This document shows positions 39,101 through 49,944 of a stretch of DNA of 64,000 nt, one piece after another. The stretch covers positions 1-64,000 of the forward strand of contig QPMI01000008.1 in assembly GCA_004431415.1 (NCBI GenBank), in the 5' to 3' direction. The DNA is from Cyanophora paradoxa CCMP329 (Eukaryota > Plantae > Glaucophyta). The notes beneath the pieces are model-generated. The model saw nothing but the letters and a program-made list of their open reading frames with translations, had not been told where the DNA came from and ran no database searches. The position numbers and the translations under genes are program-made. Positions within the stretch are counted from its first letter, which is position 1; each line of letters opens with the position of its first letter.

Positions 39101-42100
39101 TTGCTCGAATTAATTTTAAGATCTTCATTATTCAATATGGGCTGCGTATTTGGAAATCCATACAATAATTGTATATAATATCTAACCGCGTTCTTTTCTT
39201 CAATAGATAACGCGCGATTGAAAACGATAATTTCGGCAAGATCTCCATTAGCAACAGAAGAACCAAATGATGCAAAATTAGAAGGTGGAAGAAAATCACC
39301 CGATGATGTTCCAATATCAATACCACCCATTCCTACGACAATTTGCTCTGAGGAAACAGTGAAATCCCAATAATTCCACGAATTATAAATATATGATGCA
39401 TCGAATAATGGAGGAGTTGCATTTTCTAAATCATTTTGAATTTGTAGTGAAACACCAAACTTTTGATTTTTACAACCATATCCAATCCAATTTTGATAAG
39501 AACTATCCCTTATACTCAACATATAAGAAGGATTTGTAGTATTGATCCTACCTATAAAGAATAATGTAAGACCTAATGACCAATCTATTGAAACACTATT
39601 CCTATAAGCCATGTTTAATTCTTTCCCAATCGAAATTTGATTGTTTAGGGTTGCATTCAAATAATAATAAACAGTTTCCCAATTCGAATAATTTGTTAGA
39701 TATGGTATCTGTGTAGTAACTCTGTTATATATCTGACCTTGATAATATATCAACTGACCATGTTGACCTGATGCTTTCCATGCAAATATACAATTTGGAA
39801 TAATTGGGGCTGGATCAATGACAGTAGTAACAGCATAGTAAGGTCTATAAAGTATTTGTATAGTATTTTGTGTTCCAATTGTTATATTTCGATACACTGT
39901 AAGATTACTTGTGTAAATATCATCTGCCCATAGTTTTCTTGTCCAAATGTTACTTGCCCATAGGTTACTTGTGAAAATGTTACTTGTATAAAGGTTACTG
40001 GTGTAGATATTGGAAGTGACTGTAAGGTTTGTGTCATTTTTGATCACAAAAAGAGAAAGAATATTTGTGAGTTCACCTTCATCAATATATCCTTGATCTT
40101 CTAGATAATCCTCTGTGACCACTCTCGAAATATTTTCATTGTGTATGTTTTTTGCAGCCATCCTCTGATTGGCTTCCAGAACCCCACCATAATCTGTTTT
40201 AATCCATGCAAGCTCTGCCCTCCCATAGTTATCATTTGCAGTTCCCACTATGGGAATGTAGGAATACTTATCTCGACTGAAAACTATCATTGGTCTTGAG
40301 CCATCTAAACTGCTTACATCTGCTACATGAACCTGTATAGCAGAGTTGTAATTTTGGTAGGTTGCTGGGTCTGTTGGGACTCTAAAAGTATCTGTGGGTA
40401 TGTCAGCCTCCATGTAGCTTGACACAAAGATATTTGGTATGGTTGCTCCTGGTTCAGGTGGGGTTTCATAAGAGCCTGGTAATGTCCTAATATGAAGTGG
40501 TCCTCTCATAGCTGAATTCGCAAGTGTCCCATTCACATGTACATAGTGTTCATTCAAAAAGATCCTTTCAGGGACATTGCAAGTCTGGTAAAGAGAAACC
40601 CCTAGGGTTGCCAAAGGCTCCACTTTTGCAAACTCTGGTTGGTCATTAATCTCATCCCAAGTGTGTTCATGTTTGCTTGGTGGAAATTCTTCTGGAATCC
40701 CATCAATTTCTCCCCAATCATGCCTGTGATCCTCTGGTGGATACTTTTGAGGTTTGCCTAAGATCTCATCCCAATCATGATTGTGATCCTCTGGGGGATA
40801 CTTTGCAGGTTTATTATTAATTTGTTCATAATCAGGAAAGAACTCCCAGATCTCAGGTCGAAATCCATCTGGTAATAGTTCCTCATGGGGTTCAAAAGGT
40901 TGCTCATAGTCAACAGCTGGTGGATCATGACCATCTGGTAAATACTCCTCATCAGGTTCATAGTTCTGCTCATACTCAAACTCTTGTGGATCTAAGCCAT
41001 CTGGTAGTATCTCCTCCTCATTGGGGTCAAATTGATCATACTCATACTCTTGTGGGTCAAAACCATCTGGTAAATACTCTTCCTCATCTGGAACGAATTG
41101 ATATTCTTCAAGCTCTAATATATCGATTTCAGGAGGTAAATACTGCTCATCTATTTGCTTTCTTGGTTCAATTATAGGTTTATTGCGAACTTGCTCCCAA
41201 CTTACAATATGCTGCCCAAAGGCTACATCTTCAGTTGCTGTGTATTCTCTTCCAGGTTGCTTCTTTGGTGTTAAATCGGGTGGTCCATTGGGAAATGGAA
41301 TAGGGAATGGGACAGTAGGTCCATTGGGACCATAATGCTCAATGATTTCCCTTAGAGTTTTCTCACTTACAAGCTTCTCTCCATTTGCATACACATTGCT
41401 GCCATGGATATTTCGCCATTGCCTGGTTCGAATTCCAAGGTCTTTCACATTGCTATACAAAGGCAAAAGGTGCCTATCCATTTCGACTAAATCAGGATGT
41501 AAATGGATTGCTACTGGTTGACTGGGGCTACTGTTGATTGTAATTGATGGCTTTTTTTGATGGACATCTTTTGGAGTAAAGAAACCAAAAGGCTCATTTC
41601 TTGCAAAGTCATAAGTAATATCCTTGGGGTAGACATCATTTGTGTAGGAGACCTGATTTGTATTGGCAATGGGACCCACTTGCAATACTTGGGGACCTCA
41701 GCTTTTGCAGTGCTGCCCTCATTGTAAATTCGCAAAGCTGTGTTCTGTTTGCCCTGCTCATCTTGAACATTGAAAATCAATCGACCACTATCGAACCTGG
41801 AAGGTATATCTGGGTGAGTGCCACTGGTTTTTAGTTTCCTAGGTCTCCTTCTTGTTGCTTTGATCTCTGCCACTTGGTTTGCTTTCACATTACCCAAACT
41901 AAAGGCTACACTGACATCCTCTTTATCTGGATCGGTTTGATTCACAGATAAAGCATGCTCCCTTGATTGAGTCTTTGATGAATTATCAGAGCTGTGGTCA
42001 ATTGAAACTGAACCCTTTACTTTAATATTATCAAAGTTCACATGCTTGGTGCTGCTTGCATTATCATCTTGAATGGTTTCTAGATTTGGTGGGTAATTGA

Positions 42101-42107
42101 AGCTCAT
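36157..42107 (-). CDS. Giant fibre/spike protein with C-terminal intramolecular chaperone (peptidase S74); one frameshift near 41691
   Basis: C-terminal SDRRYKTDIKKI..GLIAQDVEKVIPEIV..YTGLIPVLIEAVKEL; HTHTKSQITDF and HxHxWxEI phage-fibre repeats; LamG-like region. The 1842-aa ORF starts at TTG and overlaps the 41511-42107 ORF. Confidence 0.8.
38790..39010 (-). repeat. 33-bp coding tandem repeat (HTHTKSQITDF) x~6
   Basis: aaatctgtgatttgcgattttgtgtgagtatgg units. Confidence 0.9.
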
Positions 42108-42150
42108 GGCTTTTACTATATGGATTTATAAAATTCCTGATAAGTAAAAG

Positions 42151-43707
42151 ATGCCTCAGAAAATCGTTTTAGCATTGTCAGGGGGAGGTGCAAGGGGCAT
42201 TATCATAACCAGGCTGCTAAAAGAAATCGAAAATCGAACTGGCAGGAGAATAATCGATCTTGTGGATCTTGTGAGTGGAACTTCCACTGGTGGGATCATT
42301 GCAATAGGTTTGAATATCAGGCATCCTGATAAACCAGGTGAACCTAAACTGACAGCAAACGATTTACACAATATTTACCTAACTCAACTGCCCTTGATTT
42401 TCGCAAATCCTCGAAATATCATCGAAAATGCCCTTTTTAATACAAAATATGATGTGGGACCCTTGGAGACTGCAATCAATTCAGTTACTGGTGAATCACT
42501 AATACAGGATTCCCTAAAGGACATTGTGATTACATCCTTTGATACTCAGAATATGAAACCAATATTTATCACAAATGACAACAACTACAACTTTATGCCT
42601 TGTAAGATTGCTGCTAGGGCTACTTCTGCTGCTCCTACATATTTCTCTCCTGTAAGCATTGTTGATTTCAATCGGGGAGTATTTGTCTGTCTCATTGATG
42701 GTGCCATTTCGGGAAACAATAATCCCAGTGTGTGTGGTTACAGCCATGCAAAGAAGATTTACAGTGATGATGATGATATTATAGTAATAAGCATCTCTTG
42801 TGGTGAGGTGGACCCACATTTAGAGTCTGATTATGTGGGTTATGCTTATGAGACTGTAAACAGCTGGGGCATTCTCTCATGGATTGCCTCAACAGATGGA
42901 AGCCCATTGATTAACATGCTCATGGCTGCAAGTGAGCTTTCTGCCCTTGATAAAATGGAGGAGCTTTTACCCTACAACTATGATCAGGATTATGGGAGAT
43001 ACTATAGGCTATCAGTCCCTCTTCCAAATCATATAGTAAGCTCTCTGGATGACACTTCTAAAATCCCAGATATGATAGCATTCACTGAAACATACATAGC
43101 AGCAAACAATGATATGATAAATAAGCTTTGCAGCCTTCTAGTAGCAAACTATGAACTTAAGAACCCTACAAAGGCTTACATCTCATCCACTCTCACTACA
43201 TCACCTCCTTTGGATGCTAATTGGTATCAGCTTGCAGATGATGCCTTTACTGCCTCATCCTCTGTGACAGGTAAAGAGCCTTTCATGGCTAGACCTTCAG
43301 CATTTGGCTGGGAAGCTGGAGCCTATGCTCCTGAGCAGATATGGGAAACCCCCACTGAATACCTTCAAGTTGCTTTTCCATATACTTTTGAACTCTCTTC
43401 TGTGATTGCCTATGGATCAGGGGACACCAATGCTTTTATTAAGACTTTCAATGTGGCAACATCCACTGATGGGATCAACTGGTCTTTTATTCGATCAGAT
43501 GGGCAAAACAAAATATATGTCTGTGAGAACATTAACAATGCTCACAACTCAGGTGATGTGGCTCTATTGAGTGGATTTCCTCTCAGCATCAAGGATGCTT
43601 TTTACATAGGTTATTCTCTGAGAATAAGATATATTCGCATTTATCCCCTTGTGTATGTGAATGCTCCCACAATGAGAGTTGATTTCACAGGTGCCTTTAT
43701 TCGATAA
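42151..43707 (+). CDS. Patatin-like phospholipase fused to a C-terminal F5/8 type C (discoidin) domain
   Basis: GGGARG, GTSTG, ATSAAPTYF and DGA motifs. C-terminal FTASS..W.A..EYLQV..STDGINW..RYIRIYP..MRVDF. Confidence 0.88.
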   Translation: MPQKIVLALSGGGARGIIITRLLKEIENRTGRRIIDLVDLVSGTSTGGIIAIGLNIRHPDKPGEPKLTANDLHNIYLTQLPLIFANPRNIIENALFNTKYDVGPLETAINSVTGESLIQDSLKDIVITSFDTQNMKPIFITNDNNYNFMPCKIAARATSAAPTYFSPVSIVDFNRGVFVCLIDGAISGNNNPSVCGYSHAKKIYSDDDDIIVISISCGEVDPHLESDYVGYAYETVNSWGILSWIASTDGSPLINMLMAASELSALDKMEELLPYNYDQDYGRYYRLSVPLPNHIVSSLDDTSKIPDMIAFTETYIAANNDMINKLCSLLVANYELKNPTKAYISSTLTTSPPLDANWYQLADDAFTASSSVTGKEPFMARPSAFGWEAGAYAPEQIWETPTEYLQVAFPYTFELSSVIAYGSGDTNAFIKTFNVATSTDGINWSFIRSDGQNKIYVCENINNAHNSGDVALLSGFPLSIKDAFYIGYSLRIRYIRIYPLVYVNAPTMRVDFTGAFIR

Positions 43708-44220
43708 ACTCCAACTGAAAGGAATTGTCGATTCCATTCATATCAATCAGTTCACCAAAGTAATCCTTAAACTCAACTGTGAGTTCCCTTATCACCAGGT
43801 TTCTGTCATTGATTTGAATAAATTCTGCATGTTCACCACTATGGTAAACATAGCCCCCTATATCTTTACTCAATTGCAATCTAAGGATAGCTCCCTGGTT
43901 TTGTGGTTGCGATTTTGGAATTATATTGTGTCTGCTGGCAAAGGGGGACAGCTCTTTAATATGCATGTACAGATACTGCTCAGCATTCATATCAGACATC
44001 TTCCTGCTGTCAAAATAATATTGCAAGGGCTTAGAGGAGAGTCTGGGTCCTGAGAAGGTGGTTCCCCATGCTGGGTGATCAGGTGTAATAGGTTTACCAT
44101 CATACTTTAAAAGGTTCTCAGGTCGATATGGAGATCCACCAACAGGAGGAGTGCTATAATACCCAGTGGTGTATTAATACCAACAGGAGGAGTGAGGAGG
44201 GGAAACCAAAGTAGGAGATG
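43697..44220 (-). pseudogene. Minor capsid (penton)-like protein, 5'-truncated
   Basis: YLYMHIKEL..IRELTVEFKDYFGELIDMNGIDNSFQLEF is a typical penton C-terminus. No plausible start codon upstream. Confidence 0.6.
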
Positions 44221-45053
44221 TAACAATCGACAATTCATTTAGTATTTACTATTCTGAAGAACTTGCAGGAGCTGGAATTGATGGTATCCCCACAGTTCGC
44301 CCAGCTGAGGACTTTGAACAGTGGAAACAAATCATTATAAGTCGCAAAGCCCCCATCCAAAGCCACCAACAACTGGTGAATGTTATTAATGAAAAGTTCG
44401 ATTTGAAAAATCCTAAACCATCTCTTCGCTGCAAATGGGATGAGTCACTGAAACGAATAGTATTCCATTCCGAAAAAAAGTTTTACCTGGCTTTCTCACT
44501 TGCTGTAAATCCAAACCTGCAAACAATTCAAAAGCTATTGAGTTCAGGTAGACTGCTTGGTCTTGATCCTGGAAGATATGGCAATTCCTCAATCCAATCA
44601 CAAGTGTATGATGCTCTCACTGATGGTATCTTTACTGGAACTCGAGTAAACGGTATTATATCTTCATTTGAGCCTGAGAAGACCAGGGACAGTGTTTTGT
44701 TTGTGAGAGTAAAAGAGCTGGGTGATCTGGTGCAATGTGGGGATGGTCTTCTGACTGGTTACTTCCATAAAATAGTGGTTCCTGACAAAGACTATGGTGA
44801 GCATGTAGTTTACAATTCGACAGAGGCTCATCCACTTTATAAATACTATAATAAGAAGGTTGGATTATCCACTTTCTCGGTTGATATTGTAAATGCTATT
44901 AATGAACCAATTGATTTTGAGGGTCAACCTGTTCATCTTACCTTTGAAATTCGCTATGGTGATGAGCCAGCAGGCGACCCTGTTTATGAATACTTTAAGA
45001 TGCGAATGTCACAGCTTCACCCTTCCTATCCAGTTATTACAAGCTTCGCATAA
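44196..45053 (+). pseudogene. Minor capsid (penton)-like protein, 5'-truncated
   Basis: RLLGL..VLFVRVKEL..LSTFSVDIVNAINEPIDFEGQPVHLTFEI. The frame is open from 44196 after TGA, with no upstream ATG. Confidence 0.62.
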
Positions 45054-45106
45054 ATTAAGGATCATTGGTAGATTTTTTATGTTGCAGTATAATAAAAGAG
45101 AATATA

Positions 45107-46474
45107 ATGGATATCACTTCCACTCTTCAAAGACTTTCGCTGAAAGAAGCCCTAACAACCCCAGAGGAGGCGAAAGCCTTTTTCCTGGATAACTCCCTTA
45201 TGCTTGGTCTCGAATCCAAGTCTAAGCCAGTTCTAGTTGTTGTGAATCCCAGCAATACTTTTGAGAATAATGTTGGAAATCGCATTTCCTTCAAGCTACC
45301 TCGCTACAATTTCTGTGGAAAACTCGAACTTGCTTTCGACCTTCCAGCCATCACTTTTGCTGGTGATACGGACCTTGTTCGCAATGGATACACTCGCCCA
45401 GTTGGTGCTTTAGTTCAGCGACTTGAAATTACCTATGGATCTTACACCTACCACATCCCTTCTGATTTCCTTGCTCATTTCCCCCTGGTCTATTATTCGG
45501 AGGATCAACTAGCTAAAAAGAAACGCTCAATGGGCATGGTTCATGGTATCCCTGCTCATGGAACCAACCGACTTGGTGGCTCATTTTTCGTTGAGATCCC
45601 AGTGCCTTGGCTAAATCACTACCTTCCCCTTGGTGCTTTATCTGGTGAAATGGTTGTTACTGTTTGGTTTAAGGATGCTGGAAAGGGTTATGTTGAAACT
45701 TCCTATGGTGGTCGTGAACTCACAACTGCTGTTGGAACTGTTGATGCAACTGCTGATGATGGTCTTGGAAACTTTACAGATGGAACCCTTGCCCATGTTG
45801 GTCAAAACATCACCACTTTCAGTCTTGGTGCAACAACTCCTGTTATTTCTATTACTTCTCCTCGCCTTTACATGCATGCTATTAATGTTTCTGATGAGCT
45901 TTTCGCTACTGTAATTGAAAAAGTAAAGACTACTGGCATGGCTATTCCCTCCCTTGATATTGGATTTGTAGATGCTAGTGCTTTCCCTGCCAAGGGCAAT
46001 GCCCAACCCAATCGAATTAACCTCTCTCAAATCTCAGGTCTTGTATATGCTCTGCTTGTTTCAGTTCGTGATCATGAAACTGTTGACAAATCCAATGGCT
46101 CCCACAGTGTTCTTAAGACCTATGCCAACTCCAAAGACATAACATTCACAACTGAAATAAATGGACAGCGACTTTTTGCCACTGAGCCAATTTCCCTACT
46201 CAAAGGTGCTGAGCTAATTGCTGATGCCTTCAAATGCTCTAACATGGACAAGGTTGCTGATCGCTATGTCCTTTCAGGACTCCCATTCTGCCTTGATGGA
46301 GAAAAGGCAATTCGAAATATTGCCCAGTCTGGTTATGTTGATTTAACAAATTCCTCTTCTTCCTTCCTCACCCTCTACATGCCTTCAGATAAGGTAATCG
46401 ATGTTAATGTTCGCGCTCTCATGCATTCGTTCATAATTGTAGACAAAGATGGATTACGTCGTATAAATTTGTAG
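45107..46474 (+). CDS. Major capsid protein (double jelly-roll)
   Basis: 455 aa. ISFKLPRYNFCGKLELAFDLP..LVQRLEITYG..FFVEIPVPW..YLPLGAL..VTVWFK. Lies between penton and packaging ATPase. Confidence 0.82.
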   Translation: MDITSTLQRLSLKEALTTPEEAKAFFLDNSLMLGLESKSKPVLVVVNPSNTFENNVGNRISFKLPRYNFCGKLELAFDLPAITFAGDTDLVRNGYTRPVGALVQRLEITYGSYTYHIPSDFLAHFPLVYYSEDQLAKKKRSMGMVHGIPAHGTNRLGGSFFVEIPVPWLNHYLPLGALSGEMVVTVWFKDAGKGYVETSYGGRELTTAVGTVDATADDGLGNFTDGTLAHVGQNITTFSLGATTPVISITSPRLYMHAINVSDELFATVIEKVKTTGMAIPSLDIGFVDASAFPAKGNAQPNRINLSQISGLVYALLVSVRDHETVDKSNGSHSVLKTYANSKDITFTTEINGQRLFATEPISLLKGAELIADAFKCSNMDKVADRYVLSGLPFCLDGEKAIRNIAQSGYVDLTNSSSSFLTLYMPSDKVIDVNVRALMHSFIIVDKDGLRRINL

Positions 46475-46545
46475 ATTGTTACGATATATCGTAAGGCATT
46501 TAAGGAAAAAGTGATTATTTATTTTTGAAAACATTTAAAAATCAA

Positions 46546-47277
46546 ATGCCCATCACAATTACTGAGTTTGTAGATCGTGCAAATGCCAAGCATAATGGTA
46601 AATTCGATTATTCGAAGGTTGAATTTACGAAATGCAAGGATAAAGTTCTCATTACTTGTCTGACTTGCAGTTCAATATTTGAACAGCGGGTGGATCACCA
46701 TCTAAGAGGGTCAAGCTGTAAGAAATGTAGTTTTCAGCGGTTGGGAAATGAACGCAGAAAAGAGCTGGAAACCTTTATAGAGCAATCAAGAAAAACACAT
46801 GGAGACAAATATTGTTATAATAAAGTAGAATATGTGAAATCTCACACACCAGTTTGTATAAGATGCAACTCTTGTAACAAAGAGTTCATGCAACCCCCAA
46901 TCATTCATATTCGAAATACTGGTTGCCCATTTTGTAGATCTTCAAAAGGTGAGGAAGAGGTGTGCAAAGTGTTGGACTTAATTGGAGTGGGGTATACACA
47001 ACAACATATGTTCAAAGACTGTAGAAATAAGTTTCCATTAAGGTTCGATTTCTACATTGATTCTCTTCGAATTGCAATAGAATATGATGGTATTCAACAT
47101 TTCAAACCAAGAAAGTGGTTTGGCTCTGATAATGGTGAAGCGCAATTTAAACAGGTTCAAATTAATGATGGAATAAAAAATCGATACTGTGAAGCTAACA
47201 ACATTAAACTGCTGAGAATCCCATACACCGAAACTGATATTGAGGGCTGCATTAAAAGATTCCTTTCTAACCTGTAA
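46546..47277 (+). CDS. Homing-endonuclease-like protein (Zn-ribbon repeats plus PD-(D/E)xK/Vsr-like nuclease)
   Basis: Two CxxC..H..GC repeats, then SKGE..LRFDFYI..AIEYDGIQHF..ND.IKN.YC..NNIKLLRIPY. Confidence 0.85.
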   Translation: MPITITEFVDRANAKHNGKFDYSKVEFTKCKDKVLITCLTCSSIFEQRVDHHLRGSSCKKCSFQRLGNERRKELETFIEQSRKTHGDKYCYNKVEYVKSHTPVCIRCNSCNKEFMQPPIIHIRNTGCPFCRSSKGEEEVCKVLDLIGVGYTQQHMFKDCRNKFPLRFDFYIDSLRIAIEYDGIQHFKPRKWFGSDNGEAQFKQVQINDGIKNRYCEANNIKLLRIPYTETDIEGCIKRFLSNL

Positions 47278-47333
47278 ACCATATTCAGTCACCTTGCATT
47301 ATTTTTATCTGTTTCTTTATAGAAAGATACACA

Positions 47334-48128
47334 ATGCCTATACCAAGTTCTGAACTGGAGGAATTCAATGCTGGTGAAATGATAGAACCCCCTTTTCGAC
47401 TACTCATACTAGGAAAAAGTGGATGCGGAAAAACTGAAGCTGTAAAATATTATTTGAAACAGCTGCATGATGCCAAAAAGATTGATACAACACTTATTAT
47501 ATCGGCTACCTCATTTTCACATTTTTGGGACAAAGCTGCTACTGTTCAACTGGGTGCATGGGATCCCCAATACATGTCGAAAATTATAAAAGAAAGAGAG
47601 GCAAAAAGGGAGAAAGGAGAAGAACTTAACCATATGCTGGTGATTTTAGAGGATATGATAGAAAATGACCAGCTGGATCTCAGTCGAGATAAAACAGTGG
47701 GAATGCTTTATGTTCGTGGCAGACATGTCAATATATCAATTATAACTATTTCCCAAAAATTAAGAAAGGTCGCAAGTGTTATTCGCTGCAATAGTGATAT
47801 AGTAATTATGGTTTGTGCAAGCAATCAAAAAGAGCTGGAAGCATTTGCAGAGGAGTTTTCGACTTTTCCTCGAAAAGAAGACTTCTATAAACTGTTTGAA
47901 GAGTATGTTCACTCATACCAGTTCCTCGTTTATACATCTTTCAAATATAATGTGGGCTACTATGTTGATAAAGCCGATTTAGTTGGAGATTTCGATTTTC
48001 CTCGCTTCCACAGGAAGCCAAAAAAGAAAGAGGATGAACTGAAACCACCAGAAAAAGAGGAAGCCCCCAAAGATGTGAAAAGCCAAGTCCATAGCAATAA
48101 ATTGATGCGATATAAACGCGGTTTATAA
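47334..48128 (+). CDS. A32/FtsK-like DNA packaging ATPase
   Basis: Walker A GKSGCGKT, Walker B VILEDM, RGRH.NIS...SQ, IRCNSD. Confidence 0.92.
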   Translation: MPIPSSELEEFNAGEMIEPPFRLLILGKSGCGKTEAVKYYLKQLHDAKKIDTTLIISATSFSHFWDKAATVQLGAWDPQYMSKIIKEREAKREKGEELNHMLVILEDMIENDQLDLSRDKTVGMLYVRGRHVNISIITISQKLRKVASVIRCNSDIVIMVCASNQKELEAFAEEFSTFPRKEDFYKLFEEYVHSYQFLVYTSFKYNVGYYVDKADLVGDFDFPRFHRKPKKKEDELKPPEKEEAPKDVKSQVHSNKLMRYKRGL

Positions 48129-48156
48129 AATTATCTCTCATTCTAATAAAGATACA

Positions 48157-48891
48157 ATGCCTCCCAAACGAAAGATAGGGATTCCAGCTGGGGCTGTTGG
48201 CTATTCAGGTGGTGGAAACAATGGATCCATTAACACAGATCCACTGAAGTTCAATGGTATGAATGAGGTAAAGCCCTCACAGCAAGAAGAGGACCCTCTT
48301 AATGCTGCCTATGAGGAATCAGTCGATGACAAAGCCCCACAAGCTTCAACCAGTGACCAACTCAACATCTCACCTGAAGCTTCGAAAATGAAAGCTGTTG
48401 CTGAGGGTGCCAGGCGAATTATTGGTGCTGCTGATGATAAAGGTTTAGGCTTGCAAGATCTGTCATTGGCTCGCAAAGGTGAAGGTCTTAGTAAGGAATC
48501 AGACAAGGTTATTCAGTCTATGGCTGGTGAAGTCACATACAAGACTGCGCCCACTCAAAATATTCATCGAATTCCCAAGGCTCAATGGGATGAGATGACT
48601 GCTAAACTCAAAGATCTGGAAGCCAAATCAAGTGCCTTGGAGCAGTATGTTACTGAGAAGAAAGAGAGAGCCAAGCTAAAGGAGATGCTTCGAAAGGAAG
48701 TTTATAAAATGGGTATTACTGGTGTCCCAGATAAACAGTTTATTGCTAAGAAAGAGAACCAAATCGATGAGCAGGCAGTAGATGAAATGAAAACAAAAAC
48801 CCAAAAGGGAACCATTGAACCTGGTGCCACCAAAGCTGAAGTAGAAAAGGGAGTTGCCCCAACAGTATATAAAAGACGAGTTTGGCTTTAA
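48157..48891 (+). CDS. Hypothetical charged/coiled-coil protein
   Basis: 244-aa ORF; starts with the NLS-like MPPKRK. Confidence 0.7.
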   Translation: MPPKRKIGIPAGAVGYSGGGNNGSINTDPLKFNGMNEVKPSQQEEDPLNAAYEESVDDKAPQASTSDQLNISPEASKMKAVAEGARRIIGAADDKGLGLQDLSLARKGEGLSKESDKVIQSMAGEVTYKTAPTQNIHRIPKAQWDEMTAKLKDLEAKSSALEQYVTEKKERAKLKEMLRKEVYKMGITGVPDKQFIAKKENQIDEQAVDEMKTKTQKGTIEPGATKAEVEKGVAPTVYKRRVWL

Positions 48892-48913
48892 TTATCTCTG
48901 TTTTATTAGAGAT

Positions 48914-49186
48914 ATGGACATAATACGAAAGTTCTTCGAGATGTTCAGTCTGCATGTGGTGAGCAATTGCCACAGTGGATGTTGTGACACAACAGTGGAG
49001 TTTGAGATGTCAGATAATGAGGATAATGCCTCAGAAGCAAGAGAGAGAAGGAGGTCAACAGTTTCAGTGGAATCAATGCCAGCAGACCCCACAGAGTATA
49101 CATATGAGCAACAGGAGTATCCAAGGAGAAGTTCTCTGCCAGCAGAAAACGTTTTCTCTGGGAATATAAATGGAGGATACTATTAG
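48914..49186 (+). CDS. Hypothetical protein
   Basis: ATG (MDIIRKFF) follows a TTATCT..TTAG motif. Confidence 0.5.
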   Translation: MDIIRKFFEMFSLHVVSNCHSGCCDTTVEFEMSDNEDNASEARERRRSTVSVESMPADPTEYTYEQQEYPRRSSLPAENVFSGNINGGYY

Positions 49187-49415
49187 TTTAATCGAGTTTA
49201 CCAGTGATGAACCTGTTACTGAGGGTTCTATAAGACACATTCTAGCAATGCAGAAACGATATAGAGAGGACCCAGCATATAGAGAGTATAAAAAGCAGCA
49301 AGCCCTGGCATCCTATTATCGCAGAAAAGCCCAAAAAGAAGAGCAGAGACCCAGAGGAAGACCGATTAAATATTATTTGCCAACTGAAAGTAGCAATGGA
49401 CCCCCAGGTCTATAA
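49170..49415 (+). CDS. Small basic protein with AT-hook-like RPRGRP
   Basis: 81 aa, KRYRE..YYRRK..RPRGRP. Confidence 0.55.
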   Translation: MEDTISLIEFTSDEPVTEGSIRHILAMQKRYREDPAYREYKKQQALASYYRRKAQKEEQRPRGRPIKYYLPTESSNGPPGL

Positions 49416-49792
49416 GATAATTGAGAAAAAGCGGTCTCAGTATGCTACTGAGGCAGCTATAAAAATATATACAAAGGAATTGGCTTTATACTTGCAATCA
49501 AGTCACAGATAACTTTTGTAAATATGCTTTTGTTGTTTTTTGTTTGCATTCTCAGACACTGAAACAGTTATGTGAATGTTTACTGATCTATTTCTCTTTG
49601 ATTTTGCTGCATACACATTGTAACCTATCAATCTCTGTGACATTTCGATATATGCCCCTATATCTCCATGTTTAATGCATTTATCTAACTCAATCATGGT
49701 CATTTCTTCAAGAGCCTTTGCCATTTTGTCTTCACTATACACAATCAAGTAAGCTTTAAGTATTCTTGTCAAATTTTGGTCTTTTTCGATAG

Positions 49793-49883
49793 GTGTCACA
49801 GGTGTTCACAGGTTTTTATCGTCCCCTGGTCATTTTTCTTTTTATAGCCCCCTAGATGGGATGGACCTGTGACACCTGTGAAC
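49793..49883. promoter_or_regulatory. Internal iteron palindrome related to the TIR units, directly downstream of the primase-helicase; candidate origin
   Basis: gtgtcacaggtgttcacagg..AT-rich..gggatggacctgtgacacctgtga. Confidence 0.6.
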
Positions 49884-49944
49884 AACACCATTTCCAGTAA
49901 GGCTATAAAAAATACATATACATTTCAATCATAAATCGTTTTGT

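Noticed and set aside
43679-44053. Plus-strand 124-aa ORF
   Set aside because: Antisense shadow of the penton-like frame.
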